DNA of 64,000 bases. Source: Leptogorgia sarmentosa (Eukaryota). The stretch is taken from positions 5,766,001 through 5,830,000 of the forward strand of contig OZ210884.1 in the NCBI GenBank assembly GCA_964658305.1, given 5' to 3'. The notes below the pieces were generated by a model that did not search any database, was not told the DNA's origin, and saw only the letters and a list, made by a program, of their open reading frames with translations. Of this stretch, positions 1 through 12,230 are shown piece after piece; positions within the stretch are counted from its first letter, which is position 1; the number at the start of each line of letters is the position of its first letter. The position numbers were made by a program, and so were the translations under genes.

Positions 1-356
1 AATGTTGTATAAAATCCTGTGTGTTATCAGTTTAAGGTAGTGAACCATTCTCCTTCTAGACATACTCTGATCTTGAATTGGAAAAATTCATTCGCACAGC
101 TTGAAAGAGCGTCTTAAATTTGGTGAAATTGAGAGTTTGGTTGCGAAATATCGTACAATGTGGAAAATTAATACAAGTTCATTGACTCCGCGTGAAAACG
201 AACAACATTTTTCATGCATGTTGAGCTTCTTGCTTGAGCCCTGCAATAATTGATCATGTAAAAAATGAATTATTGCATGCCAATATGAATTATAATCCAT
301 TAAAAGCTATAATTATAGATAACAGCACACGTGGCCAGCGTAGGTAGCACTTCAGG

Positions 357-472
357 ATAACGAACAAGAGCAGGAAGGATAATCTCACTATCTAAATGAT
401 AAAACAGATTCGACATTTCGACCGTTTTATCGTTTAGGTAGTGAGATTATCCTTCCTGCTCTTGTTCGTTAT
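357..472. repeat. Near-perfect inverted repeat (hairpin) in an intron
   Basis: ataacgaacaagagcaggaaggataatctcacta... pairs with ...tagtgagattatccttcctgctcttgttcgttat; arms ~49 bp. Confidence 0.85.
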
Positions 473-619
473 AATTATAGATCTAGTTCTTCGAACCCTG
501 TATATATAGACATGACTTTACTAGAGAACGTACGTGTCTCACTCGAATCTACAGGCAATCAATTCACAGGGTCGAAGTCAAACTTGAATATCGGTATAGC
601 TAAGTAAAGTATTCATTAC

Positions 620-1904
620 CTGAAGTGGAGTTCTGTTTTTGCTGTCGCGCGAATCAATATTTGCTCCGTATCCTAGCAACATTTGAAGAGATCTACAGGC
701 GTCATTCTTTGCTGCATAGTGTATTGGCATTTGTTGTTCGCCAAAAGTGGTGATATCAATATCAGCCTTATGCTTTACAAGAAAACGAACCATGTCTGCG
801 TAATCTACTGCGGCAGCCACATGGAGTGGAGAACGACCGAATTTATCTTGCTGGTTTATGTCAGCTCCTGGAATATTCAATTTTGCAAAAAGTCACACAA
901 AGAAAAGAATAGATTTATATTTTAAGTTACTGAGTCTATACTTCCACTTTGAACGGGCGTCGGTAGCACATCATCAGTACAAATGGTCGTGGGTTCAACT
1001 GTGGCTACAGACTTAAACGCTCTACTAAAGTCGTGGGAGTTGTTCTGCGTTTCTCCCACAGGGAAAGTTGAAAGGCGGATTAAGATCCACATAGTTAAGA
1101 AAATAATAATAAAAGTTGTTCGGTAAAGGTAATGGGTGGGTACGTTCTGTTCCAAATCATTCCCAAACAATTTATGTGCTTACCATTTTCTAGTAAGAAC
1201 AGCGCGACATCCAGATTCCATGACCGTGCGACTTCGTGAAAAATGGTCTGACCATTTTTATCAGTACAATTAACGTCTGCCCCATTATGGATCAAAGATT
1301 GGACGAAGTCAAAATCAAAGATATCATCATTGTTGTTTGAGTTTGCCAGTGATGCCAGATAATGAATCAGGGCGTGGTTACGAACCTTCTGAGCTTCATT
1401 ATTCATGCTATCTTCTAGCGCACTTTCAAGAACAGCATGCATCGGAGCATTTGATCGCTTTACTCCTACCAACGAGGAAAATATCTTGAAAGTGAATTCT
1501 TTATTTTGTGAATTGGTTCATATATTCTCAATAGCTGGACTTCTAGTCATAGTGAAGGTCGTTCGCTCAAAACTTCTAACCTTGTTTTAGCATTATTGGT
1601 AGTGAATAAAACCCTTGCAACGTTTTGGTCACATACCGCATTGTTCATGCAGTCATTTGTCATTATTCTGGACCGAAGTTTACTTTGATGTATAGAAGAA
1701 TGGAGGCGGATATTTAACTGACTGATGCATATTGAAGGCATATAAATACATAGTGATATTTAACAATCATTACTATAATTTCCTGAAATTACCTGGCAGT
1801 TCTTTCATCAACATGCTTTCATAAGGTTTGTGGGTCAAACCAGTGGAGGAACGACGAGTATTGTAACGACTTAATTCTCGTCCTGGCGTTTCTCCGTTAT
1901 CCAT
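620..1904 (-). CDS. Ankyrin-repeat protein, 5' part (possibly a TRPA-like cation channel); continues off the left edge
   Basis: Exons 1904-1793, 1465-1184 and 867-620 with GT-AG boundaries and consistent phases (1,1,0). Translation MDNGETPGRE...NGADVNCTDKNGQTIFHEVA...GADINQQDKFGRSPLHVAA...QMPIHYAA...GANIDSRDSKNRTPLQ shows successive ankyrin repeats. The TRPA assignment is inference only; no channel domain is in the window. Confidence 0.8.
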
Positions 1905-4069
1905 TTTTTGGAGCTTTATTGTTCTGTAAGTAATCGATTATAAAGATGGATTCAATTTTTTTTTAAACAATGAATGCTTTGTTGAAATGCCCTTGTATAA
2001 AACATCCAAAAAGTGGGAACATGAAGTAGCACCACCCCCCCTCCCCCTCGGCTTGAATGGGAAAAAACAAATTGTACATTACAATTGTATGATGGGTTGA
2101 GTGTTGATGAGCCAGGTATCTTGTGTGAGAATGGCAGTAAATTTTAGGGTGTCTAAAAATACTTTTGATCAACGTAGATAAATCCATGTAGTCACAGGAA
2201 AAAAAGGTAATTAAACTTCTTGATATGTACCGCATTGTTTATCCATACGACCAATACACACAGACTTAAATGTATCATTATGATGGCACTTCGAATGAAC
2301 ATTTATTCTGTTGGCAATAATAGCGCATGTCATTGCCTAGCCTAAACTTTGATGCGAAATTGATAGATGTCCTTGACTTCCAAGTTCACATTTAAGTGGC
2401 CTGAAAGGAAGACTTTGTTCAAGCCGGCGGTAGGAAATATCGTAGTCTTGTTAGACTAGTTTAGTTTGGACACACGGGCCAAAAAACAAGCAAAATAATA
2501 TAGGAGTTAATAATGAATGCGGCTCTTTCGTTTTAATATATATAATTATGGTAGACAGTTTAATAACGACATTGAGAGTATATTTGTATGCGTAAAGCTT
2601 GTGGGACAAACAAATTTGAGACTAGTAGACTGTTTTGTCGTGTTCCAGATTGTCATGTCTTACTGTTGGTCCAGGTTTGACAAAGTCTTAAGACGCGAAG
2701 AATCCACTTTGATATTTACGACTCCTCAGTTCTTAACGGTGTGAAATGTGTAGGGAAATTATCCTCTTATTCACAGTTAGCTTTAAAACATACCTTGCTT
2801 AACACAACCGGTCAATATATGGACGATTCAACTATATTTTCTTCCACCCAAGAAACACATATAACCTTTCCATTACCACTTAACTTCACAAATCTGCAAA
2901 TGCTACGTTCACAAACAATTCATTTGGCCGATCTCTTGCAAGAAGACAAATATTTTTGCGATGAAAAACGCTGAAGATGAATTTGTTTATTGTGATGACT
3001 TTATGTTGGCATGCAAATTATATTATAACGCTCCTTTTAATTGTAAGAGATTGATCATTAAACCGAACGACGGATTAGTATGGGTCTTAATTTCCATAAA
3101 TGGACTGGATCTCGATGCCGAAATATTGTTATTGATGAGCTTGTAAAACAATTTCAAACGCAAGTAGAATACAAGAATAAATCATACACGAAACGAAAAT
3201 TTAATCAACGTTTGCTCGTTCTCTTATGTGGATGGTTCCTAATGACATAATTTATCCGCTAAATTTGTGCTTACTAACAAGAATATTGTAAAGAAATTTG
3301 TTTAAATATAATGATTTAAATTTCATACGTTTTTAGTTCAGCTGTTTTATTGTCACTATATCAAGTGTAACTGAGTACATATTATGTAAAAAATATACTG
3401 CAAAGTAATTAATTCCAACTAATTATACTCAAACTTTGACGAAACCGTTAAAACATCCGTAAACAGAGACAAGGTTTTATATAATATTTCTGAATATGAT
3501 ATTGCGGGCATTCTCACTGTTGTTAAGATTGTTAAATGTTATTCTCTTGTAGACCAAATTGTGGCTTGAAAGGCTTGTCCAAAGGCTATCAAGATACTCT
3601 TTCAACCTATACTATCTGAATATGGTGTACCAGCATTGTATACTGTGTAGTTATTAGCTATATACAAATTATCCTCACCTTATGTATGGTTGCCTCAGGA
3701 AATTATTTTTTTACGTCATCAGGCACTTTAGGGTCACTTGTAGCTATAGGTGATTCGCAACTATCTATGAAACAAAAAGGTAATAATTATCATATTTGAT
3801 AGAATGTGAATTGTAGACATGAAAAGTCCATTGGCGCATTCATCTTCCATGGCAGAGTGACAATTCCTGGTCCAGAGCATCTTGCCTTACCAGCTGACTA
3901 GATTGGCCAAATTACGATTGTAATTTCAGTAGCCATGATGACTTTGTTTTTTGTTGTACTTTCCTTCCTCTCTTTCCTTTTCTTTTCCTGACTGTACTAA
4001 TGACGGTTTGGCTAATTTGTTTAGGCGGTTTGACAACCCTGTCCAGGTCTGCAAATTGTTCCAAGGGAC

Positions 4070-4227
4070 CAGTGGCGTAGCCAGAACGATACTTGTGGGA
4101 CCATATTCATATATTCGTGTTCCATAAAAACAAATAATTTCAAAAGAAATTAATAACGTAGAACACGACTATATGAATATACCCCCCCCCCCCCCCCTCC
4201 CCCAATATCGTCTTGGCTACGCCACTG
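4070..4227. mobile_element. Short MITE with CAGTGGCGTAGCC termini (hAT-like)
   Basis: TIR cagtggcgtagccag ... tggctacgccactg; internal poly-C; TSD degenerate. Confidence 0.7.
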
Positions 4228-4933
4228 TGAGGGAGAACTTGAATTCCATATGGAAATACCTCTCAGGTAATTGTACGTGTCTCTCAGAAAAAGGAAGATC
4301 ATTTGTAAGTCCATGATCCATATATATTTACAGTAAATACTTAAATAATTACAATAATTACACAGTGTTATGAAGGGCGTTCCTATTCCCATTTCCAGTT
4401 CATGAAATCCCATCTTCCCCATTCAAAACAAGCAAATTCCAGGTCCTATTTTAAAGTACCCCCCTTCATGAACAGTGAACAATATGAACCCTACATGGAC
4501 AATCTACCCTAAATTATAGATTTAGTATAAGACAATATTCTGGCGACAGAGACAGTAATTATTTATAATAAATTTTTCATCCTATAACCACAATTGATGT
4601 CAAGGAGTGGGTTGTTTTGAGTTCGTTTAAAGTACCTTTAAAGATGGATAAGCCAAATTTTAATCGCACTTCTTTCATCTTTGGGAACGCTGTCATAAAC
4701 TTTGAACATGAAATAATATGCAGCCTGTTATTGTATACATACTTATATTGTATATATATCTTGGCGAACCCAACTCAACAACTGTTTTAACGGCTTCGGA
4801 CAACACGATCATATCTATCATGGATTGAAATGATTATGGACAACTTCACACACAAACTAAACTTAGTCATCGTTTGATTTATGTACAGGAAAATGTCCAT
4901 TGGACAACTGGAGTTTTTTTCCCAAGGATTATT

Positions 4934-5935
4934 TCACAGGGATTGACTTTCTTCAATGCTGTCACGTTTACACGCCGCAACATATCTCATTGATATCCGT
5001 AAATCTCTTCTTAGGAGACCGTAAATGATTGGATTCCACACACAGGTGCTGCAAGCAAAGCATTCTGCGATACCCATGAACAAATAGTACTGTTTACTTC
5101 GTTGGGTTTCGTGATGAAGTTCGTAACTGACTGCGAAAAGGAAAGGCGACCAGCTGAGAACAAATGTGCCAACGATTAAAGCGATGACTTTTAGGATTTT
5201 GAAATCTTTCTTCTGAGACCACGGTCTGCCGCCAGGGATTGTTACGGAGGTTGTGGCAATCACACGCGCATGCGATCTGGCTATCAGGAATAACTTTGTG
5301 TAGGTGACACAAATAAAAATGGCTGGGATGACAAGACAATATCCGAGTCGTACGTCATTGTAAATGGCTTCGTAGTAGGAATTCTCCATGACAAGAAAGA
5401 AAACCGATGCTTGAAGAATGGCGAAACCCCATATTCCTGCAACTATCATGATAGCTCGCTTCTTGTTCATGTACTTATCGTAATTCAGAGGGTGTCTTAT
5501 ATGCATATATCGGTCGAGTGTGACACAGCAAAGGCTGAAAATGGATGCGACTCCAATGCAAGGGTATAACATAGGTGTTATATCGTAATAGTTGTTTTGG
5601 TTTAAACGTTCCAGTAATCTCAGCGGAATTGCCACAGTTGCCATTAAGAAATCTGCTACAGACAACGATACCATGAATGCGTTTGGAATTGTTCGGAGTC
5701 GATTTCGAGAGAATATCGTTATCATAACCAACAGATTTAGAATGATTCCGAAAAAAATGAGAATTGAATAATAAACGATGTAACCTATTGTCGAAGGTTC
5801 AAAGGAAGCGATCTCTGTGGGTCCCTGTTGGGTAGGTGTAGGCTCGCAGTGGCCATCTAACACGATGTCAAATTCCTCCGCTGTTAAGTTCTTTTTCATG
5901 CATATTTCTGTGATATTATGGCCATTGACAAACAT
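4934..5935 (-). CDS. Rhodopsin-like (class A) orphan GPCR, single coding exon, ~333 aa
   Basis: Seven hydrophobic segments with SLSVADFL (TM2), LDRY (TM3), FVLSWSPF (TM6) and WNPIIY (TM7). The ORF track starts at 5980, but an acceptor (ttactttag) just upstream of ATG 5935 suggests MFVNGHN is the true start. Confidence 0.92.
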   Translation of the reverse strand: MFVNGHNITEICMKKNLTAEEFDIVLDGHCEPTPTQQGPTEIASFEPSTIGYIVYYSILIFFGIILNLLVMITIFSRNRLRTIPNAFMVSLSVADFLMATVAIPLRLLERLNQNNYYDITPMLYPCIGVASIFSLCCVTLDRYMHIRHPLNYDKYMNKKRAIMIVAGIWGFAILQASVFFLVMENSYYEAIYNDVRLGYCLVIPAIFICVTYTKLFLIARSHARVIATTSVTIPGGRPWSQKKDFKILKVIALIVGTFVLSWSPFLFAVSYELHHETQRSKQYYLFMGIAECFACSTCVWNPIIYGLLRRDLRISMRYVAACKRDSIEESQSL

Positions 5936-8900
5936 CGTCTGTTTAATACACCTAAAGTAAAATAAATTCGCATTATTCATAATCTGTCTTCCGAATCAGG
6001 GGGGGATGCAAAGATGAATCCAAAAGATTTCCTGGTATTAGGCCTTTAATCACGAATTTTATGAGTGCCTGTGGCTGTGGTGAAAGATTCATTTTGTTTT
6101 TTAACTTCCCGCGCAAGCCAAGCAATCCGCGTGAAAATTCTCGTGTTATTGAAACACGGGATTTCTGAGCTCTCGACCAATCAACGCCTGTGTTTTCAAA
6201 AGGATATTTTATAAATATTAATATGACTAAGCCCACGTCTGGGTCGCCTGTGGCCCGGCTTCCTATGGCGTTAAAGGGAAATTTGAATTGACATGTTTGC
6301 ACTACATTCTTAGAATAACATTGTGCGAAAATTTAATTTTTCGTAACAATGTCTCGGTACACATTGTCAACAGTTTAATCACGACTACAATTTAATACAT
6401 ATATGTGATGCATGTGAAACAACGTTTCCCTACGGTACGGTTTAATTTGACCTGCACACTGTCACAAATTTCGCTTAGTTATGAAATAATATATCGTACG
6501 TAGCTATCTGCTGCGGATATATATGAAAGCGGCGACCAAAAATTTTCTTTGAATTATAAAATTTTCACTTCGAAATTAAGACACAAACCTTTCTCAGTCC
6601 TTTTTATCAAATCGTTTTTTCCCCACGTTTATTTCAGGATTTTTTTAACCCCGCTGCATCAAGCTGACAACATAATTCCTGTTTTTGCCTTATTTCCGTC
6701 AAACGTTCTCTTTAAATATATCTGATGAACCGGAAATGACGCCAAACTTTAATGGTAATCAAGTAGGAAGCGTATTGTTTAATTAATTAAACACGGCGTA
6801 GTAAAAAGTCTTTTCGATGGGGCGTCAGTTGATGAAAACAGCAAACGTATGGAACGCAATTATGATTTCCCGGGAAATTGAGTATGCCACAACTAACCCT
6901 AACGACTGTAGAAACTCGCATACCAACCATAGCATAACCAATAACTGACCTCTCACCCAAACAACCCTAGAACCTGAAAAAAGTTGGGATATTGAAGCCC
7001 ACTTGAAGACTTGACGCAGCTCCACCATATTGCAGTACTTAACTATCATTGGATTCCTTCCCTGACCCCTCAAAAACTTTTAACTAATCCTACCCTATTG
7101 CGGATTCCTCGAACAAAGTTCATCCAAACAAAAACCTAAATCATCAGCGTATGGCCTAACTATTTTCACCCAAACCCTATCGTACTTGACATCTATAACA
7201 GAGCTGATAACCTGGCAATTGTGTAACGGAACGTCCAGCAAAAACCTATACCTGACATATCACTGAACTCTCAAGTTCAGTTTTGGAAACTCAGGAGAAT
7301 GTTTTGGAGAAGAGAGTTCCGAGCAGATAGAAAACAGATATAAGAATATATATTCACATCAAGTGCGGGCCGCACACGTTGAAAATTTAAATTCTCGTTG
7401 TGTGTTAATTATAAAAATTAAATTTTCGCACGGTTTTCTCATAATTTTCGTTTTCTTCTATGTTGCATCATTCTTTTAATTCGGCCATAAATATAGCATT
7501 ATAGAGCTGTCAAAATCTTAATTATAGAATATTTTTTACAATAGTTATGATGTTTGTATTATGTAACTTTTGTATTTTGTATTCTTGTACGTTAAAATAC
7601 GAAGTAGAACCCCTTTTGGCAAATACGAAAGTTGTTCTATCAAAAAGACTTGATTTTGCATTGCATTAGAAAATTTAAGACGTTTATATTCATATATGCA
7701 TGGTATACCAAATTTAGTGACTTTCGTATACATACAGTTTCTCATTGCACAGTTTATTTCTGCACAGAACAGTATTGCATATAACCTAAATTTTGTATTT
7801 AAATTTTGTACTAAATTTTGTACGAATAATCCTACAGAAGAGAAAGGTCTGCCTGATTTGAGAAGGCTGGGATTAAGCTGATAACTCTCGCAAGTATAAA
7901 TGAGCTGAAAAGTAAAAAATATTGCAGCATTTTCCGTCGCCAAGATGAGCGCAGATTAAGTCATATCTGAAATTCACCTGTGATTTATGACTATAAAATC
8001 AAATCATTACACTTTAGTTTAGAAAATAATGATTATATTTACCTTGACAAAATCAAATTTATGTTGCAAGTTCTGTTATAGCTGTTTCTCTCCCTTTCCT
8101 TCAGCAACGTTACCTTGTTATGTGAAAAAACAGCTTGAGCGAGGATTTTTAAGGCAAATTTCGTTTTTCAATTAAGAAGCCATTTGGACGAACAACGCTG
8201 GAAAATATTAATGATGCGGCGTATTTGCTTTAATGTTTGCCTAAAAAAATTAACAAGTTGACACATTGAAAGTTATGCAAAAATTTTCCTTGTATTTATT
8301 ATTTGCCGACAGCCCAATGCTGGCGGGTAACAAAGAAGTGATAATTTCTCGCACGTTTAAGAGTGGGATTACCGCACGAATTTCGTATATACATTGTATT
8401 TTTCAATATTACTCAATATTGGCCCATAATGACTCGTTGAAATAAATTGGCGGTAAAAGCTAAATTGAATTGTAAGCATATATATCTTGTTTATACCGAA
8501 ATCCATGACCTACCGATAATTTTTTACTTTAAATATCTTTGTTTGATTGCTATATCGCATCTAGTAACGAGAATTTTGGTGTGTGAACTGAAAAGATCTA
8601 GAGCTTTTGTAAAAATGCAAATGAATACGCATTTAAAATGCATTGCATTTTTGATGAATCGTACAGGCATAGACATACTATATGAAGTGGCAAAATTGAA
8701 TAGTTGAGTTTGCAATTGAGATGAAATAGATCATTGTAACTTTTATTAAGACATAGAGGAAGCGACTTATCATGCTGGGCTATTCAATGTCAATGTAAAG
8801 ATTAAGATTAAAGAAATGTATATGCGATTTCTCAAGCAATCAAGTTTTACATGTGTTTAGAATACTGCAATTCAAATTTATGAACTGTCAAATTATATAA

Positions 8901-10730
8901 TTAAATTTGTTGAGTTTCCATGCAACCAGCACAAAGCAAATTTACACCCACTTCTTTAATCTTGAATTTAATATCACAAATGAAAGAGGTTGATGAAATA
9001 TTAATAGTGAAGTGGATGCATAGCATGCGTCAGCCCAACACGAAATTATCTTCGGCTTTATAATCGATCAAATTCTTGCATGTGCTCTATATGGGCAGCT
9101 TGAACTCGAAAAACTAGCTCAATCGTCACATAAATCAATCATTTTCTTCAGCGTTTATTCCTGTAGAAGTATTCCAAAATATTGAGAGATTTACGAGCGG
9201 AACAATTATTCAAACAGTCAGCGGATAGCGGGATGTGTTTTCAAATTGTTGTTTTATACACTATATATTGCCAGCATGCAGGCATGTAGCACAGATATTT
9301 GTAATTCCTTTTCATAAATTATAACGTCGCATTACTTTATTGAAGATTTCACTTCACAAGGGATAAAATCCAATAAAATGTCAGCTGCATGGAAGATATA
9401 ATTTCTTTTGCATGCCCTACTGTATGAATGAATCACAGCTTTTTTATCTTTTGCGTATACTGAGCGGACTGTGCGAAACCGGAAATTAATATCATATAAA
9501 TATAATTGCAGGCTGGAAGCAGATATTAAAGTATGTGGACATGGAAGTATATTAATAGCTATTTCTTGATTTATTTGGGAAGACGAGTAAGGGAATAATA
9601 CTAATAATAAAGGAATAGCACTCTGAACAGTGTTTTAGAAGTCGCATTGTGTTGGGAATGCAAGTCCTATAAATGACAGCATGCAAGCTAGACATTCTTC
9701 TAATTGCATGAATGCTACAGGGTTATTTTATCGTCGATATAGTAAGTTTTCATAAGCCTGAAAGGAACCTAAAGTATTTTTTGCTAGAATCACTCTGCAT
9801 TTCCATTTAAAAATATAGTTTAATAATTTTAAGCATTTATAAAATGAATAATAATAATTGTGAAGTCATAAATTGAAGCTATAGGCGTGTAGCATGCAAA
9901 GTTGCTAGCATAATTACGGATGCTATGTAAAGGGATCTGCATGCAGTAATTCGGTACTACAGCTATATAGTTATTCAAAGAATTTAAAAAAAATAAGGCA
10001 ATTTATCTCTAAAAAAGGTTGCTCAGTCGGTAGCCCCTTTTTAAGTTTCGAAACACTACGTACTGACCAATGAAATAAAGTCACTTTTCTTTTGATACTG
10101 TTCATATAAAATTAAAGCTAGTTTTTTCGTTTCGAAAGTAATGAGTGAAACGATATTCGCCACTTCTTACTCTTTGATTCAAAATTTGTTCAAACTTTTG
10201 ATCGAAGTGTTGATCTTCGTTTCCCGAGAAACATTTTTGCATCTATATGATTTGCCTTTCGGTAGAAAGGTTATTACCATGCATAAACGTATGTAAATAT
10301 TGAAGGAACACATCAACGATATATAAATTCACGCAGGTCAATAAAAGAGTGTGTATGCTCGGAGTATATACATATATATATATTGAATAAACAATGGAGT
10401 TTATGAAGAAAGAACTATGCAGCTGTATGATATTAGTGCCGGGATTAATATTAGATTTTATCTTGGCAAATAAAGTTCACATATTGTATAATTGTAATGC
10501 ACAGAATCTTCATTCGGACGTCCTATTTTGCAATCAATGAATTTTGTAAAACGGAGTTGATGCGCATCAACAAACTGTGAATTATCTTATTCAAGTGGTT
10601 TGCACATCCCGGTATTTTTCTATTTGGCTTGGAAGATGCGTTGAATGTCGTGTCTCCCGCATTCAATTAACGTAAATATGACAGCTTAGCATGAAATAAA
10701 TATTTATAAAGAGCAAGGTCCCAAAGCATG

Positions 10731-10980
10731 CTTATGAAAAATACACATGTGTTTCTCATGTGTTTCACATATAGTTCACATGTGGAATTGGAACAATCAC
10801 ATGTGATTCAGATTCACATTTGATTCACAGGTGAACCACATGTGAACTGAAACACATGTAAAAACCCACATGTGAAACACATGTGAATCATATGTGAATC
10901 ATATGTGAATTGTCCCAATTCCACATGTGAACCTCATGTGTTTCACATGTGGGTTTTTACATGTGTATTTTTCATAAGGG
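10731..10980. mobile_element. Palindromic MITE rich in CACATGTG motifs
   Basis: TIR cttatgaaaaatacacatgt ... acatgtgtatttttcataag, with nested internal inverted repeats. Confidence 0.75.
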
Positions 10981-11339
10981 CAATACAAATTTCAAACTAG
11001 AACTCTATATGTTTTTACTGAAATAAGTGAAGGTAGAATTAGAAATACAGTTGGAGTTTCAACAATATTTTGTTCAAAAGATTGGATGCCCGTTTACAAT
11101 GATCATCTGCAACTAGGTTTAAACAGCTCAGTTTGTAGATCAGGTCATTAAGCATGTGCAATGAAAGGTAGTTCGGAATTACTCAAATGATTGAGATCAC
11201 AATTTAAAAAAAATACTATATACTCTCCACATATCGTTCGCCGTGTTTTTAACTAGAAGATGATGCAATAAGAATGAAGATACTTCCCGGTGTTCACCCA
11301 CTGAAACTGCAATCGTCAAAGGGAGACGGAAGCACTATA

Positions 11340-11927
11340 CAGGGTGTCTCAAAAAAAAGGTAATCGAACTTTGGCATGCCATTGTGCGTTGATTACTGGG
11401 TGTATGAACGTGATTTTTGCATGGTCATAAAGATCAAGGTCTTAGCAGTTGAATGACATATTTGTTGTACGATATGGAGGAAAATCAGGCAAATGCGAGC
11501 GTGTTGAAAAATCTCGGTGAAAAACGCATTCTTTCACCTCTGTGCCTAATTAAAGCAGTGCATAACAAAAGAAAAATGCAATTCATCGCAAATGTGTCAT
11601 GGTAACAAAGATTTTATCAGGATTATTAATAATTATGCATAATCAGGTCGATTGTTGAAGGGAAGGTCGTCATCTTCGAGTCCCAGAGGGAGTTAATTTT
11701 GAATAAGTTTAGCTGCAATTCTCAGAGGTGAAAGAATGCGTTTTTCACCGAGATTTTTCAACACGCTCGCATTTGCCTGATTTTCTTCCATATCGTACAA
11801 GAAATATGTCATTCAACTGCTAAGACCTTGATCTTTATGACCATATGCAAAAATCACGTTCGTACACCCAGTAATTAACGCACAATGGCATGCCAAAGTT
11901 CGATTACCTTTTTTTTGAGACACCCTG
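11340..11927. mobile_element. Tc1/mariner-type MITE with ~200-bp TIRs and TA target duplication
   Basis: TA|cagggtgtctcaaaaaaaaggtaatcgaactttggcatgcc ... ggcatgccaaagttcgattacc...gagacaccctg|TA; arms ~11340-11542 and ~11723-11927; no ORF. Confidence 0.92.
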
Positions 11928-12230
11928 TATTGTATTCGCAGGAAAAACAGCAAGGTCAGAATAATTATGATGATGTTCAATATGAAGATAAACATCAAAT
12001 GATTACATCGAATGGATGAACGGCAACAATATAAAACAGCAGGTATTTTTTTGATAAGATTTAATGAAATTGCAAAAAAAACTTTTTGAGATGTTATCTA
12101 TTTTGAAAACAACCTACTTGTCATGACATGAACAAAGTTTTCTTCAATACTTGTTCAACAATACCGATCTGCTCATGCAAACATGCCTTACACATTATTC
12201 ATGTAGCTATATCGTTAATTTATAATTTTA

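Noticed and set aside
1963..4422. Short ORFs of 60-90 aa here and in other intergenic AT-rich stretches
   Set aside because: No domain motifs or splice-consistent structure; expected by chance.
6825..7270. Compositionally distinct segment with a minus-strand YADDL motif (possible LINE RT relic)
   Set aside because: In-frame stops and no other recognisable RT motifs; probably a TE fragment but not classifiable by eye.
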